Shown in pieces: positions 25,601-34,711 of a stretch of 64,000 nt of DNA (the stretch's first letter is position 1; each line of letters begins with the position of its first letter). Source of the stretch: a virus; IMG/VR virus record IMGVR_UViG_3300030103_003222, positions 1 through 64,000 of that record; one strand, 5' to 3'. The notes below the pieces were generated by a model. It did not search any database. It saw only the letters and a list, made by a program, of their open reading frames with translations, and was not told where the DNA came from. Made by a program: the position numbers and the translations under genes.

Positions 25601-28454
25601 CGCGCATGTGAACAAGAAGTTCGACATGGACATGGCTGCTGTGACTTCTCGCGCTCGTCAGATGTTTCAGTCTGCGCTCAAGACGCATCCTGAACACTTC
25701 AACCCAAACAACCCACAGTTCATCCCTAACGTCGTTCAGTTGTTCCATGCTGCTGAGAAGGACCTTCTCATGAACGGAGGTGAACAACATGGACTCAAGA
25801 CGTGGGGCTACGCAGTCGGGGAAAAGCCGGGTGCCTCGCTTGAAGAAGAGATTGGTGGCGACCTTTCTTCTTCACCTGCGAAGGTGTTGGCTCACGGACT
25901 GAATCTCGTCAACGAAGATATGCGCATTAACATGAACTCCTCGAACGCTCGCATTCTCGACGTGCTTCGGATTCCCGAGGACCAGCGCGACCAAGCCCAT
26001 ATCGAAATGGCTGAGCGCATCAAAGAGCAGTTAGAAGGCCACACTGAGAACGCCGTCATCATGACTGTCGGTGAGGCACTTCGACAGGGCATTTCACCAA
26101 AGGTGCAGACAAGTCGAGGCGTTCAAACCATTCCTGCCCCTTACGACATGGAGACTCCTGACGCTGAAGGTCCTGTTGACCACTGGGCAGCCAGCAAGGC
26201 ACACTACCGTGGCCTCATCCCATTGAAGAAAGAAGTCGGGGAGACGGCGTATAAGCGAGCGCGGCGTCAGGCAGACGCTTGGGCGAAAGGCGCCGCTCGC
26301 AACATCCCTCGATATTTCACTGAGCATCGACAACTTGGTTTGTTTGGTGATGACCGCAAACAGGAAGCGGAGCAGCATGGCCTCATGATGGTGCCACTCG
26401 AACGCCAGTTTCAAGGCACGGACAGAACGGGAATTGCGCTCGCGCAGCATGAGATTGAGAACGCCATGCACGCCGTGCTGATGTTCTCACCCGGACATCC
26501 CGGCTTCGACCCCGCCGTGATGCAGGGAGCCAAGAAGGCCACCATGGGCAACGTGAAACACGCTGAGTGGCAAGAAGTCCCAGTCGGTCCTGTGCACCCT
26601 GATTCACAAGGCGTCATCAACACTCATTACACGGGCGGTCTGATGGACCGAGGTGTTGTCATCGCTCCCCCGTCCATCGGTTTCTCTGTAGGGAAGGGAC
26701 GAGAGCCGACCGTTGGCACCAACATCGTGGGCGATGTCCGCCGCGTTCTTCCCAGTAAGGAGCAGATGGCGATGGTCACTGGAGCCGAGATGACCGAGAC
26801 GGCTCTCAACAATGGCTTCCCATATGTGCAGCAACAAGCCCAGCACTTCTCTGTCGACCCGTTCACAGGCACCGCGCCCGTAGACGGCGGCTATGACCTC
26901 ATTCACACCAGCGACCCTGTCGAGACACTGATGGTGCTTCTTGACCCTCAAGCCCTGCTGAAGAGTGATGAAAGCCGGCCACCGCCTGTGTTGGCGATGC
27001 ACCGCATTTTTGCTCTACGCGACCTCGACTCGTTGCGTGGCTTCAGCGATGACTGGGCTGTTTCGGGCCTTCCCCGTGGTGAGCGCCTTATCGTCAAGCG
27101 CGAAAGTGACGATGTCACAGCGTATGACGAAGGTGGGGAGGATGTAAAACTCAAGCCTGCTGACGTCAAGCAGTTCAAGGCCTTGGCCGACAGCGACTAC
27201 GTGATTGACGTTGTGCGGGCAAAGAAGGAGTTCGTCGTCTATGACCTGCTGTCCTATGACGACAACAATGTGTCGGACATGCTGTTGCGTGAGCGCATCA
27301 AACTCTTGCGCGCTCAATTCGACAGCCACGAGCACGTCATTGTCCCCGGCCCGCACAATTTCCGCATGACCGACCGTGAAGGGCTTGAAGCCGTGGTCGA
27401 GGCCTTGTCACCTGACCACGATTACCTGATGCTACGCGATGCGACTTCGACTTACATGAAGGGAGAGCGACGCCATCCGAAGTGGTTTATGCTCCGCAAA
27501 GACAAGGTCTTGTCCTTCATGGTGCTCGACGCTCGTGGGAAAGGACCGTTCGTCTATCGCCTCGGTGCTGGACCTGTCGACGCTGAGGACAGCGGGAACC
27601 GTGTGGTCGAACACGAAGGTAAGCACTACGTTGACGTCGGCACGGTGCGCAGCCCCAAGCCATTCAATGAAGGCGACGTCATCCAAGTCCGCGTGTCTGG
27701 TGTTCGCGTTAAGCGCGACAACAAGACCTACGACGTCACCGTGTCCAATGTGAAAGGCACGAGTGAGGACGAGTCCCCCGCTTCGCTGGAAACACTCAGT
27801 CTTCTGACCAAGTCCCATCCCATTATCGCCGTGCCCTTCGACGTCACCATGGGTAGCGAACGGCTAACGCTGGACATCTCCGAAGTGGACAGCATCACGT
27901 ATCGCTTGGAGAAATCACAACACGGTGTGTGGGCCATTGAGGGGCGTGCAGCGCTCGGTGCTGTGCAAAAGAGCGACTACGCCATGCGCCTCGCAGAAAG
28001 TCTGCGACCTCTGTGGATGGAAGCAGCGGCTCTCATCTCAAAGGGAACAGAGAAAGTCCGTAGCATGACCGAACCCAAGAATCAACGGCAATCGGCCAAA
28101 GAGTCTGCGGGTATCATCGAGGAAGACGATGAAGAGGCCATCCTCAAGCCAAAGAAGGTCGAGGTGATGGCTAAGACGCTGATGCGAATTGCCGACTTGA
28201 TGGACCGCATCGAGAAAGAGCGCATGACTGGCGGTCCCGGTGCCCGTGGCTTCTCGTTTGACGCAGGGAGTCAGGTTGAGTCGCCTCGTGGACCCACTCG
28301 TTTGACCTCCGAAGAGTCGCTACCTGACTGGGACATGAAGGAGCGCCCCACTGAGGACCCCGAGGAAGAATACCCTGAAGCGCGTCGTAAGCGTCTGAAA
28401 GACAAAAATGAGCGGCAGTCTACCGATTTGGAAGAAAACGTCGACTCATATTGA
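22653..28454 (+). CDS. 1933-aa head-module protein with a C-terminal degenerate ATP-dependent DNA ligase-like (adenylation + OB) region
   Basis: WAVSGLPRGERLIV, FVVYDLL, RERIKLL, LMLRD..STYMKGERRHPKW, YRLGAG, YVDVGTV follow ligase motif order, but the KxDG lysine is absent. Confidence 0.75.
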   Translation: MEEDPAEVYIRARNDLLKSAVDFHDYEDNIANYAFAKLSLEHHGIEFEPLWEDRLCESILKSAFRTKLDAEPALSENALLDLQVNNPELAREYAEALGELKDARNAMSGSVSVDEMLSFGKLSDRVAALEAQVTGRSTEQQKEEGALGGNISDEAARIPQHTFSDRIVEHSLRDIHRMWPQVKPIGRYDESFLSDGHGLLSYDPTDPTGRPMWARLLRGFYLPQPYQKGDKNLRMSLAERYASAELAHLKANKGKRAFEPRKRSGAEDEEHIPHFGPLMSTSHAVYEQAYQAWRQSRGGKLSELMVFADTENPVERDYRMREEHFKAVEDHAWFSTGIGGNVDPKSTMSQEEIAERGINDPESLEEYDIDHGFGIWPYLLGLDFLPPADMHRVLKHIDEHGTDKADQQIVKLSGPVPFIDMGRVKRDFAQRFTPLFHAAARNAHHPGATMRKRNEGSRLTDARGFEGLERDNLFYALSHTPHPSNPDRTLRDFVNERFSRYMNPGDTEDDVVDENYPIPNITAALAKNMEGNTPEENRELLGRLKPAYAHSEHSVNWFLGRDKDGALINDHPLYPDATDANHPAGQEDLIERLHDASDELTDAVMSSKFSRDIDAFYHLGNNVPSLDDIPESERESWLRADDGSLLGLAHYWGKPFHYEGGYGKHPKMLIEMLHQMWPGERSPFGQLEGGRITPNEDALGLTSRYISMGFAPETQHAGSPRVQLSFFNASQPRSETAKRRSRTRNQAAFHGKVSTSPAYSNSVAGKSDDEIRQVTGGKVQKFSLDNTGWTTGDSYGAIGSKQRFTMRERASRWWHWLATRMRTGSGEIPDKFHSQQEMEAGNVERTRGTKREFDRLQGWADKDKTSSKKFAEMLDEAGHDEAVDEITLNHLSDTQLALEEALQEEFSSSFKDEIGNASSEEVQALIAGVEDPNKRADMMRRFREIYDSSGIVDAHREFDEMMESYERVGESEFDPSKDDFSRRAHVNKKFDMDMAAVTSRARQMFQSALKTHPEHFNPNNPQFIPNVVQLFHAAEKDLLMNGGEQHGLKTWGYAVGEKPGASLEEEIGGDLSSSPAKVLAHGLNLVNEDMRINMNSSNARILDVLRIPEDQRDQAHIEMAERIKEQLEGHTENAVIMTVGEALRQGISPKVQTSRGVQTIPAPYDMETPDAEGPVDHWAASKAHYRGLIPLKKEVGETAYKRARRQADAWAKGAARNIPRYFTEHRQLGLFGDDRKQEAEQHGLMMVPLERQFQGTDRTGIALAQHEIENAMHAVLMFSPGHPGFDPAVMQGAKKATMGNVKHAEWQEVPVGPVHPDSQGVINTHYTGGLMDRGVVIAPPSIGFSVGKGREPTVGTNIVGDVRRVLPSKEQMAMVTGAEMTETALNNGFPYVQQQAQHFSVDPFTGTAPVDGGYDLIHTSDPVETLMVLLDPQALLKSDESRPPPVLAMHRIFALRDLDSLRGFSDDWAVSGLPRGERLIVKRESDDVTAYDEGGEDVKLKPADVKQFKALADSDYVIDVVRAKKEFVVYDLLSYDDNNVSDMLLRERIKLLRAQFDSHEHVIVPGPHNFRMTDREGLEAVVEALSPDHDYLMLRDATSTYMKGERRHPKWFMLRKDKVLSFMVLDARGKGPFVYRLGAGPVDAEDSGNRVVEHEGKHYVDVGTVRSPKPFNEGDVIQVRVSGVRVKRDNKTYDVTVSNVKGTSEDESPASLETLSLLTKSHPIIAVPFDVTMGSERLTLDISEVDSITYRLEKSQHGVWAIEGRAALGAVQKSDYAMRLAESLRPLWMEAAALISKGTEKVRSMTEPKNQRQSAKESAGIIEEDDEEAILKPKKVEVMAKTLMRIADLMDRIEKERMTGGPGARGFSFDAGSQVESPRGPTRLTSEESLPDWDMKERPTEDPEEEYPEARRKRLKDKNERQSTDLEENVDSY

Positions 28455-28462
28455 TGCCGCCT

Positions 28463-28472
28463 TATTTATGTA
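28463..28472 (+). promoter_or_regulatory. Archaeal TATA-like box of the protease-capsid operon
   Basis: TATTTATGTA about 30 nt upstream of GTG 28499 in an intergenic gap. Confidence 0.55.
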
Positions 28473-28498
28473 GGTGAACACACCAACGGGGGATTAGT

Positions 28499-29875
28499 GT
28501 GCTACTCCGAAGCAGCAATCAGTCCGGCCTCACTCTCCTCAAGGGGAGCAGTGACCTCGTCGTTGCTGGCTATGCTTCAGTAGAACTCGTAGACAAACAG
28601 GGGGACTTGATTACACGGTCGGCGCTTAAGGACGCGTTCAAGAAGTTCATGTCCGACCCCAAGTATTCAAACGTCCAATTAGCACACTCAAACATTCAAG
28701 TCGGAGAAGTAATACCGTCATACACAGACAACGAAGGGAGGTTTTGGAAGAGCGAGGTTGATGATGCGGGAATGTTCGTCGTCGTCAAACTGAGAAATGA
28801 CATCGAGAAAGCCCGAGAAGTGGCCGCCGAGATTCGTAAAGGAAACCTTGCAGGATTCAGCATCGGGGGACAAGCGTTCAAGCGAGTTCACAAAGCAGAC
28901 GCGAATCACGGCTCATATCAGGAAATCTCCAAACTCGAACTTCACGAAATCACAATCTGCGAAAAAGGAATCAACCCCGAAGCCACATTCAAAATCCTAA
29001 AGGAAGACACTGAAAACAACAAGGTGAGTAAAATGACTGACGATGTAATGAACCAAATGAACAGCGTGTTGGAGCGACTGGAAGGTCGCCTCGATGACAT
29101 GGAAAAGGGCATGCCTCCTCAACTGAAGGAGCACATGGAAGACAAGAAGTCCAAGAAGGACGACAAGGAAAAGGCCGCATATAAGGCTGAAGCCGAAGAG
29201 GACGAGAAGGAGAAGAAGGACGAGAAGAAGAAGTCCGAGTTCTCCGACGTCATCACGGCCGAATACCTCGACTGGATGGAGAACACCCTCAAGTCCGCTG
29301 GTGTGGACACTGATGGTGCTCGCGCCCACTTCGACGGCATCACCAAGGCCAACCTCGGCTCCACCCCCGAGTCCATCGGTGACGGCGCTTCCTACTTTGC
29401 TGGGCAGGTCAACGGCCGTGCTCAGGAAGGCGGCTCCCCGTCCACCAACGCTCTTGCTCGCGCCGGCCTCTCTCGTGGCGGCGGCGGCGAAGTCAGCAAG
29501 GGTGACTTCCTCACCTCCATTGACCCCGTCAGCGCCGAAGAGGCCTACGAGGTCTTCAAGGCCGCTAAGCAGGAAGAAGAACTCCGCAAGGCCCTTGAAG
29601 GAAACTTTGAGCAGCGCTACACTCATGAGCGCACGGTCGAAGTTCAGAAGGCTCAGGCCCAAGCGTTTGACCCTCGCGGTCCCCTCGATGAAGTCATGAA
29701 GGCGCTCGGCGCCCTCAATGAGCGCATCGACAACCTGTCTACCGGCGGCGGCACCACGCTCGCCAAGTCGGCTGACGCTGCCCCGACGGTCGCTGTCCCT
29801 GAGACGGCTGACCTCGCCAGCATGTCATGGGATGAGGTCCACTCGCTCGCGAACCGAGCGATTCGTGGAGAGTGA
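28499..29875 (+). CDS. HK97-family prohead protease fused to a scaffold domain
   Basis: VAGYAS..VDKQGD, LAH, GFSIGG, LHEITIC..GINPEA; charged coiled-coil C-terminal half. Confidence 0.92.
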   Translation: MLLRSSNQSGLTLLKGSSDLVVAGYASVELVDKQGDLITRSALKDAFKKFMSDPKYSNVQLAHSNIQVGEVIPSYTDNEGRFWKSEVDDAGMFVVVKLRNDIEKAREVAAEIRKGNLAGFSIGGQAFKRVHKADANHGSYQEISKLELHEITICEKGINPEATFKILKEDTENNKVSKMTDDVMNQMNSVLERLEGRLDDMEKGMPPQLKEHMEDKKSKKDDKEKAAYKAEAEEDEKEKKDEKKKSEFSDVITAEYLDWMENTLKSAGVDTDGARAHFDGITKANLGSTPESIGDGASYFAGQVNGRAQEGGSPSTNALARAGLSRGGGGEVSKGDFLTSIDPVSAEEAYEVFKAAKQEEELRKALEGNFEQRYTHERTVEVQKAQAQAFDPRGPLDEVMKALGALNERIDNLSTGGGTTLAKSADAAPTVAVPETADLASMSWDEVHSLANRAIRGE

Positions 29876-29911
29876 GCAATCACCAAACACACAAAATGAG
29901 GAGTGAATAAT

Positions 29912-31090
29912 ATGGCACGAAACTACGTCCGAACTGTTACCGACATGGAGCGCTATTACTACGGCGCCGGAAACGCGATGGGATATTCCTACAGCGGCTC
30001 TGAATTGCTCAAGGCTGACGCACCGATGCTGTCCACCACTGGTGGCACCTATCAGGCCATCTACGGCCGCAAAGTGTGGTCCCAATTGAACCAAGAGTTC
30101 AACGCCTTCTCCATCCTTCCCAAGAAGCCTTGGGAGCGAAGTGGATGGCGCGTCATCACCGCCAAGCCTAACGGCGGCTCTCTGAGCGGCGGAATCGCTG
30201 AGAACGGCACCCTGCCGGAAACCATCAAGCCTACCTTCCAGCACGTTGCTGCGAAGCCCAAGACCATCGCTCACACCTTCGACCTGAGCGAAGTCGCCAT
30301 CTTCTTGTCCGACAAGGACGACGGCCTCGGTGACATGCGCGCCGTGATGAAGGAAGAGATGGGTAAGCACCACGCTGAGATGGTGAACCTGATGCTCACC
30401 ACCGACGTCAGCACCGTTGCGGGCAACAACTTCGAGTCCCTCGACCGCATTACCGCTGCCGACGGTGGCTCCAGCCCCTCCAACAACGCTGGTCTGAAGA
30501 CGGCTGGCGGCAACCAACACGTTGACGCCGCCTCCGACCTCGACATCTACAGCATCGCCCGCGCCTCAAACTCGTGGTCCCACGCTGAGATGAACTGCGC
30601 CAACGACACCACGGCGGGCAACAAGCGTGTGCTCTCCCTCGACTTGCTCGACACGATGTTCCAGCAGATGTGGGAGCGCGGTGGCAACCCCAAGGTCATC
30701 CTGACGGGCTACGACACCCTGATGCGCCTCCAGCAACTCTTGCAGGCGCAGCAGCGCTTCATGGAAGAGAAGCGTGTGACGCCCACCTACAACGGTGTGA
30801 AGGGTGTTCCCGGTATCGAAGCCGGTTTCATCGTCGCTACCTACAACGGTGTGCCCATCATCCCCTCGAAGGACGTCAACGACGACGATGGCCTCGCCCG
30901 CATGTATTTCCTCGACACTGACTACCTCTACTTCAGCACGGCCATCCCCACGCAATACTTCGAGTCCGGCATCGAGACTGGCGACCCATTCGCCATCAAC
31001 CGTCTTGGTCAGGAAGGCCTCTACCGCACGATGGGCGAGGTTTGGACGACTTTCTTTGGAGCGCAGGGCCAAATCCGCGACCTTAAGTGA
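29912..31090 (+). CDS. Major capsid protein (HK97 fold)
   Basis: Follows the protease; GAGGAGTGA SD; strongly biased codons; GGIAENG, PKVILTG, TYNGVPII, MYFLDTDYL. Confidence 0.92.
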   Translation: MARNYVRTVTDMERYYYGAGNAMGYSYSGSELLKADAPMLSTTGGTYQAIYGRKVWSQLNQEFNAFSILPKKPWERSGWRVITAKPNGGSLSGGIAENGTLPETIKPTFQHVAAKPKTIAHTFDLSEVAIFLSDKDDGLGDMRAVMKEEMGKHHAEMVNLMLTTDVSTVAGNNFESLDRITAADGGSSPSNNAGLKTAGGNQHVDAASDLDIYSIARASNSWSHAEMNCANDTTAGNKRVLSLDLLDTMFQQMWERGGNPKVILTGYDTLMRLQQLLQAQQRFMEEKRVTPTYNGVKGVPGIEAGFIVATYNGVPIIPSKDVNDDDGLARMYFLDTDYLYFSTAIPTQYFESGIETGDPFAINRLGQEGLYRTMGEVWTTFFGAQGQIRDLK

Positions 31091-31121
31091 ACACAAAAAA
31101 AACAACACGGAGTGATTAAAC

Positions 31122-31544
31122 ATGGAAGAACTTACACTGTCTGGAACTGCAACTGCGACCCTTGTGGGCGCATGGGAACTTCGCGCTGGCTCTCAGTCCA
31201 CCACCGAGTGGCAAGACGGAGCCGCTGACACCTCCTACCCCGGAGGCGGTCCCGGCACCTTTAGTGCTGTGAACAGCGACGGAGCGAACGGCTACGACCC
31301 CGCCCCGAAGATGGCTCTGATTTCCCTCACTGGAGTGGCGGACAACGAAACCGTCATCCTTGGAGGAGGAATCTCCTCTATCTACGCGGCCTTCATCCAA
31401 GAGAACGACGCTACGCCTGTCAACGACGCTCACGGGAGCAACAACATGGCGCTTGACATCTCGCGGAGTGGAACCACCGTCACGCTTCACGTTGTTGGCG
31501 GAGCCGCTGACATCATCGCTGACTTGATGGTCCTCTATTCGTGA
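31122..31544 (+). CDS. Virion structural protein (possible capsid decoration)
   Basis: Directly after MCP; GGAGTGA SD; small-residue, beta-rich composition. Confidence 0.7.
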   Translation: MEELTLSGTATATLVGAWELRAGSQSTTEWQDGAADTSYPGGGPGTFSAVNSDGANGYDPAPKMALISLTGVADNETVILGGGISSIYAAFIQENDATPVNDAHGSNNMALDISRSGTTVTLHVVGGAADIIADLMVLYS

Positions 31545-31554
31545 GGTGGGCTGA

Positions 31555-31959
31555 GTGCCGACCATTACCTACATCGGTAGGCGCTTCCAAAAGCGCTGCG
31601 TCGACCCGTCGCATCCAAACTGGATTCGTGGCGAATCACGTGAGGTCACGGCTGCTTGGCTTGACCGCTACATGCCGAGGGTCGACATGACCCATTACGT
31701 CATCGAAGGCTGGGAGCCGAAGGTTCCCGAGGCTGAAACGGTTGACGCTGGCAACGACGGCGTCCCTGACGAGGGCTGGAACCGCAAGGACATCGCTACG
31801 TGGCTCGCTGGCTACGACATCAAGCCCAAGGGCTACGCAACCAAATCCACACTGCTCGAACTCGTCGCTACTGTTATGAGTCCTGACGGTGTGGCCGAGA
31901 CTGAAGAGATGGTGGCCGAGTCCGCTGAATCTGAAGAAGAATCCACAGAGAGTGAGTGA
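31555..31959 (+). CDS. Hypothetical protein with HeH/LEM-like motif
   Basis: PDEGWNRKDIATWL...ATKSTLLELV; GAGGTGG SD. Confidence 0.65.
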   Translation: MPTITYIGRRFQKRCVDPSHPNWIRGESREVTAAWLDRYMPRVDMTHYVIEGWEPKVPEAETVDAGNDGVPDEGWNRKDIATWLAGYDIKPKGYATKSTLLELVATVMSPDGVAETEEMVAESAESEEESTESE

Positions 31960-31961
31960 AC

Positions 31962-32273
31962 ATGACGACGCTAACGATTGACCCCCGACCAACCTACTTT
32001 GGCGACCGCATGATTGTGACCGGCTCCTATGCTGCCGGACGCACTGAAATCGCTCTTGGCAGCCTTCTCGCAAGCATTGACGCGTTCATCCTGAACCCGT
32101 CCGCAGTCACCGCTCAGGTGGTTGACACGACGCCTGCTGACGACGGCGGCACTGCCGGCACCCTGAATCTCTTGGACGTCGCGACCGTTGACGGGACCAC
32201 TGTGACCATCGCCGGGGCTGCGGCAGGAACGACTGTTGCTGGCACTTTCCTTGCTATCGGTCGCCGCTCCTGA
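31962..32273 (+). CDS. Small virion structural protein
   Basis: T/A/G-rich beta composition; in the capsid operon. Confidence 0.7.
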   Translation: MTTLTIDPRPTYFGDRMIVTGSYAAGRTEIALGSLLASIDAFILNPSAVTAQVVDTTPADDGGTAGTLNLLDVATVDGTTVTIAGAAAGTTVAGTFLAIGRRS

Positions 32274-32286
32274 AGGCGGTGATTGA

Positions 32287-32460
32287 TTGGCAAAGACCGT
32301 GACCATTCTCGGCCCCTTCGCGCAGAAGGACTTCAACAACTCCACTGCACGCACGGTTGTCGAGACGGCCATTAGCACCGCTATTGGCTCCAACACCTGC
32401 GTGTCGGCTGACCCACATCTCATCCTCGGGAACATCTACATCTTTGTGACGACTTCCTGA
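32287..32460 (+). CDS. 57-aa hypothetical protein (absent from the ORF track)
   Basis: GGTGAT SD then TTG: MAKTVTILGPFAQKDF...GNIYIFVTTS; fills the gap between neighbouring genes. Confidence 0.7.
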   Translation: MAKTVTILGPFAQKDFNNSTARTVVETAISTAIGSNTCVSADPHLILGNIYIFVTTS

Positions 32461-32465
32461 GTGTG

Positions 32466-32768
32466 ATGGGTATGGGCTTTGAACTGGCGAGCATCGACTT
32501 CGATGACATCAGCCGGATGCAAAAGCAAGCCGTCCGCTCCGACGTGGCTCTTGCACCTGAGATGGTGAACCCTGAAGACCCTCTCAAGGGCGTAGTCAAA
32601 GAACAGCGCAACCGCAACAGCGAGATTGGCGATGTTCTCAACATCGGCTCAGGGACGCGCTGCAAGCACTGCGGCATGCTGCACTTCATGTGGCGTGAGA
32701 ACTGCGGCTCTTGCGGCAAGCCCATGGAGTATAACCTCGGCCACCGTGATGAGGGGGCAAGAGAGTAA
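32466..32768 (+). CDS. Zn-ribbon protein
   Basis: CKHCG...CGSCG. Confidence 0.75.
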   Translation: MGMGFELASIDFDDISRMQKQAVRSDVALAPEMVNPEDPLKGVVKEQRNRNSEIGDVLNIGSGTRCKHCGMLHFMWRENCGSCGKPMEYNLGHRDEGARE

Positions 32769-34360
32769 TGCCTGTCGTCTTCAACCCCGGTGAGCCTGAG
32801 ACTCGCCCTCTTGACCCCACCGCGATGGTCTACACGACGCCGCAGAAGGTGGCTGACTACCTCGGTATTGGGCCACAGGAGCCTGTGCTCGCATCTGCTG
32901 ACTCTGTGAGCGACGGCGTGTTCATCACTGGCGAAGACTACCGCCGCTGCGGCACCGAGGTTGGCGACACCATCCTCATCTACAGCGACGCCAACCCTCT
33001 TGGCGTTGAGAAAGAGATTACCGGCATCAGCAACGGTGGCACCAGTGGTGTGAAACTGGAGTTCACCGGCTCTTTCACTCACGCTGATTTTGAGGCGGCA
33101 GACAACGCCTACGTGCAGAATCTCGCATCGTTCACCAACGCCAAGGTGGGTCGACAACGCGGTGTCACCAAGGCGATTGTGCAGGCACGTATTCGTGAGG
33201 TGCAAGACAAAATCGACAACATCACGCACACAGCGTGGCGTCCCTACATTGTCGCTGCAGAGTTCATCAATTTTGACACGTATAAGCCATACAGGCGTCG
33301 ATATTACACCGATTATGTCGGCACTACACCGCTTCTGTTCCGCAGCGTGCAACAGGTTCTGCGATTGGAACTGTGGCAGGGTGACGACTACCGTGAGATT
33401 TGTGGTGCTGAAGCCCGACTGCAGATTCCTGAAGACGTGCGAGCCATCAGTGGCTCTATTGTTCTGTCACCCGGAAACGGGACCTCCGTGACGTTGACTG
33501 CGGAGAAGGACTCTGCTGCCACGGCCACCACCACCAAGTGGCGCACGGACTTTGACGCCACGACCACTGCGCAGAACCTCGCGGACCTCATCAACAAGGA
33601 AGACCGCGTCAGCAAGGCGTCTGTTGAGTTCAGCCCTGCCTTCACCCTCGAAGGCTCTACGTCAAACGTGGCCGTCCACAACGAGTTCCTCGCCTCAGCC
33701 AATGCCGAATACGGCACGGGAATCGTCAAACTCTCCAGCATGCGTCAAGCGAAGGGCGGTGAAGTTTGCAGCCTCGTCTGCACTGACAGCACCATCGGCA
33801 TCTCACAGACTGCGCAGCAGACCACCGCCTTCAGTGCTGTTGTGGACACCGATGACGTGCAGGTCACTTCGACTGGGGGCTTTGCCAAGGCGGGTGTTGC
33901 GACAGATGGCACCAACGTCTTTCGCTACACCGCAGTGTCCGATACCAAGTTTCTGAACTGCACAGCGGTCATCGGCTCGCTCGGCTCACTGAGCGGCAAC
34001 ATCAGTCAACACTTGCTGCAACTCGACTTGCAGGGTGGGAGCGCCAGTGGCGACAACGCCCGTTTCAAGGACTGGTGGCTCGACCACGACATGGGTATCA
34101 TTTACTTCAACAACTCATACCCCTTCTTCGAGTGGAACGCCGTCAAGGTGTCCTACATCTACGGTGAGCGCTATTTGGAGAAGGCCATTGAGGAGGTCGC
34201 CACGAAGATGGTGGTCATTGACCTGCTCATGTCTGATGACCGCAGCGTGCTGCTGCCTGAAGGGACCAACAACATCGACCTCTCAGCCAAGGTGCAGTTG
34301 CTGCAGTCTGAGATTGACCGCATTCTCCCACGGTATCAGGAAATCGTCCTGTTCGAGTGA
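32768..34360 (+). CDS. Head-tail adaptor-like protein with large inserted beta domains
   Basis: N-terminal YTTPQKVADYL and C-terminal VKVSYIYG...AIEEVATKMVVIDLL are typical of adaptors; position fits. Confidence 0.6.
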   Translation: MPVVFNPGEPETRPLDPTAMVYTTPQKVADYLGIGPQEPVLASADSVSDGVFITGEDYRRCGTEVGDTILIYSDANPLGVEKEITGISNGGTSGVKLEFTGSFTHADFEAADNAYVQNLASFTNAKVGRQRGVTKAIVQARIREVQDKIDNITHTAWRPYIVAAEFINFDTYKPYRRRYYTDYVGTTPLLFRSVQQVLRLELWQGDDYREICGAEARLQIPEDVRAISGSIVLSPGNGTSVTLTAEKDSAATATTTKWRTDFDATTTAQNLADLINKEDRVSKASVEFSPAFTLEGSTSNVAVHNEFLASANAEYGTGIVKLSSMRQAKGGEVCSLVCTDSTIGISQTAQQTTAFSAVVDTDDVQVTSTGGFAKAGVATDGTNVFRYTAVSDTKFLNCTAVIGSLGSLSGNISQHLLQLDLQGGSASGDNARFKDWWLDHDMGIIYFNNSYPFFEWNAVKVSYIYGERYLEKAIEEVATKMVVIDLLMSDDRSVLLPEGTNNIDLSAKVQLLQSEIDRILPRYQEIVLFE

Positions 34361-34369
34361 GGTGGGTGT

Positions 34370-34711
34370 GTGGTTAGCGACATCCTCGATGACCTCTTTA
34401 ACGCAGCAGCGAAAGACATGGCCGACCCCAAAGTGCAGTCTGAACTCCAGCAGTTCGTCAAGGAGCACGATGGAAACTACCGTCGTGCCGTTGAGCAGCA
34501 GGAACTGGGGATGGACGGTATCAACCGCAACGAGTCGGGCGATTATGAGCAGCGTGGACGCAAACCGGAGGAGAGCGTTCTTAACGCAGCGCTGGGTAGG
34601 GTCGATAAGCGGATGCTGACGGAGTCTCCTGACCTCGTCAAGCAAAAACTCACAGTCAGTGCAGGTAATGTCACTCTTGACAAGAAGGCGTATCGAAGGG
34701 AGGTGGAGTGA
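34370..34711 (+). CDS. Hypothetical neck-region protein
   Basis: GAGGTGG SD; 113 aa. Confidence 0.65.
   Translation: MVSDILDDLFNAAAKDMADPKVQSELQQFVKEHDGNYRRAVEQQELGMDGINRNESGDYEQRGRKPEESVLNAALGRVDKRMLTESPDLVKQKLTVSAGNVTLDKKAYRREVE

Noticed and set aside
26960-27830. Functional DNA ligase annotation
   Set aside because: The adenylated Lys of motif I and the motif V lysines are missing.
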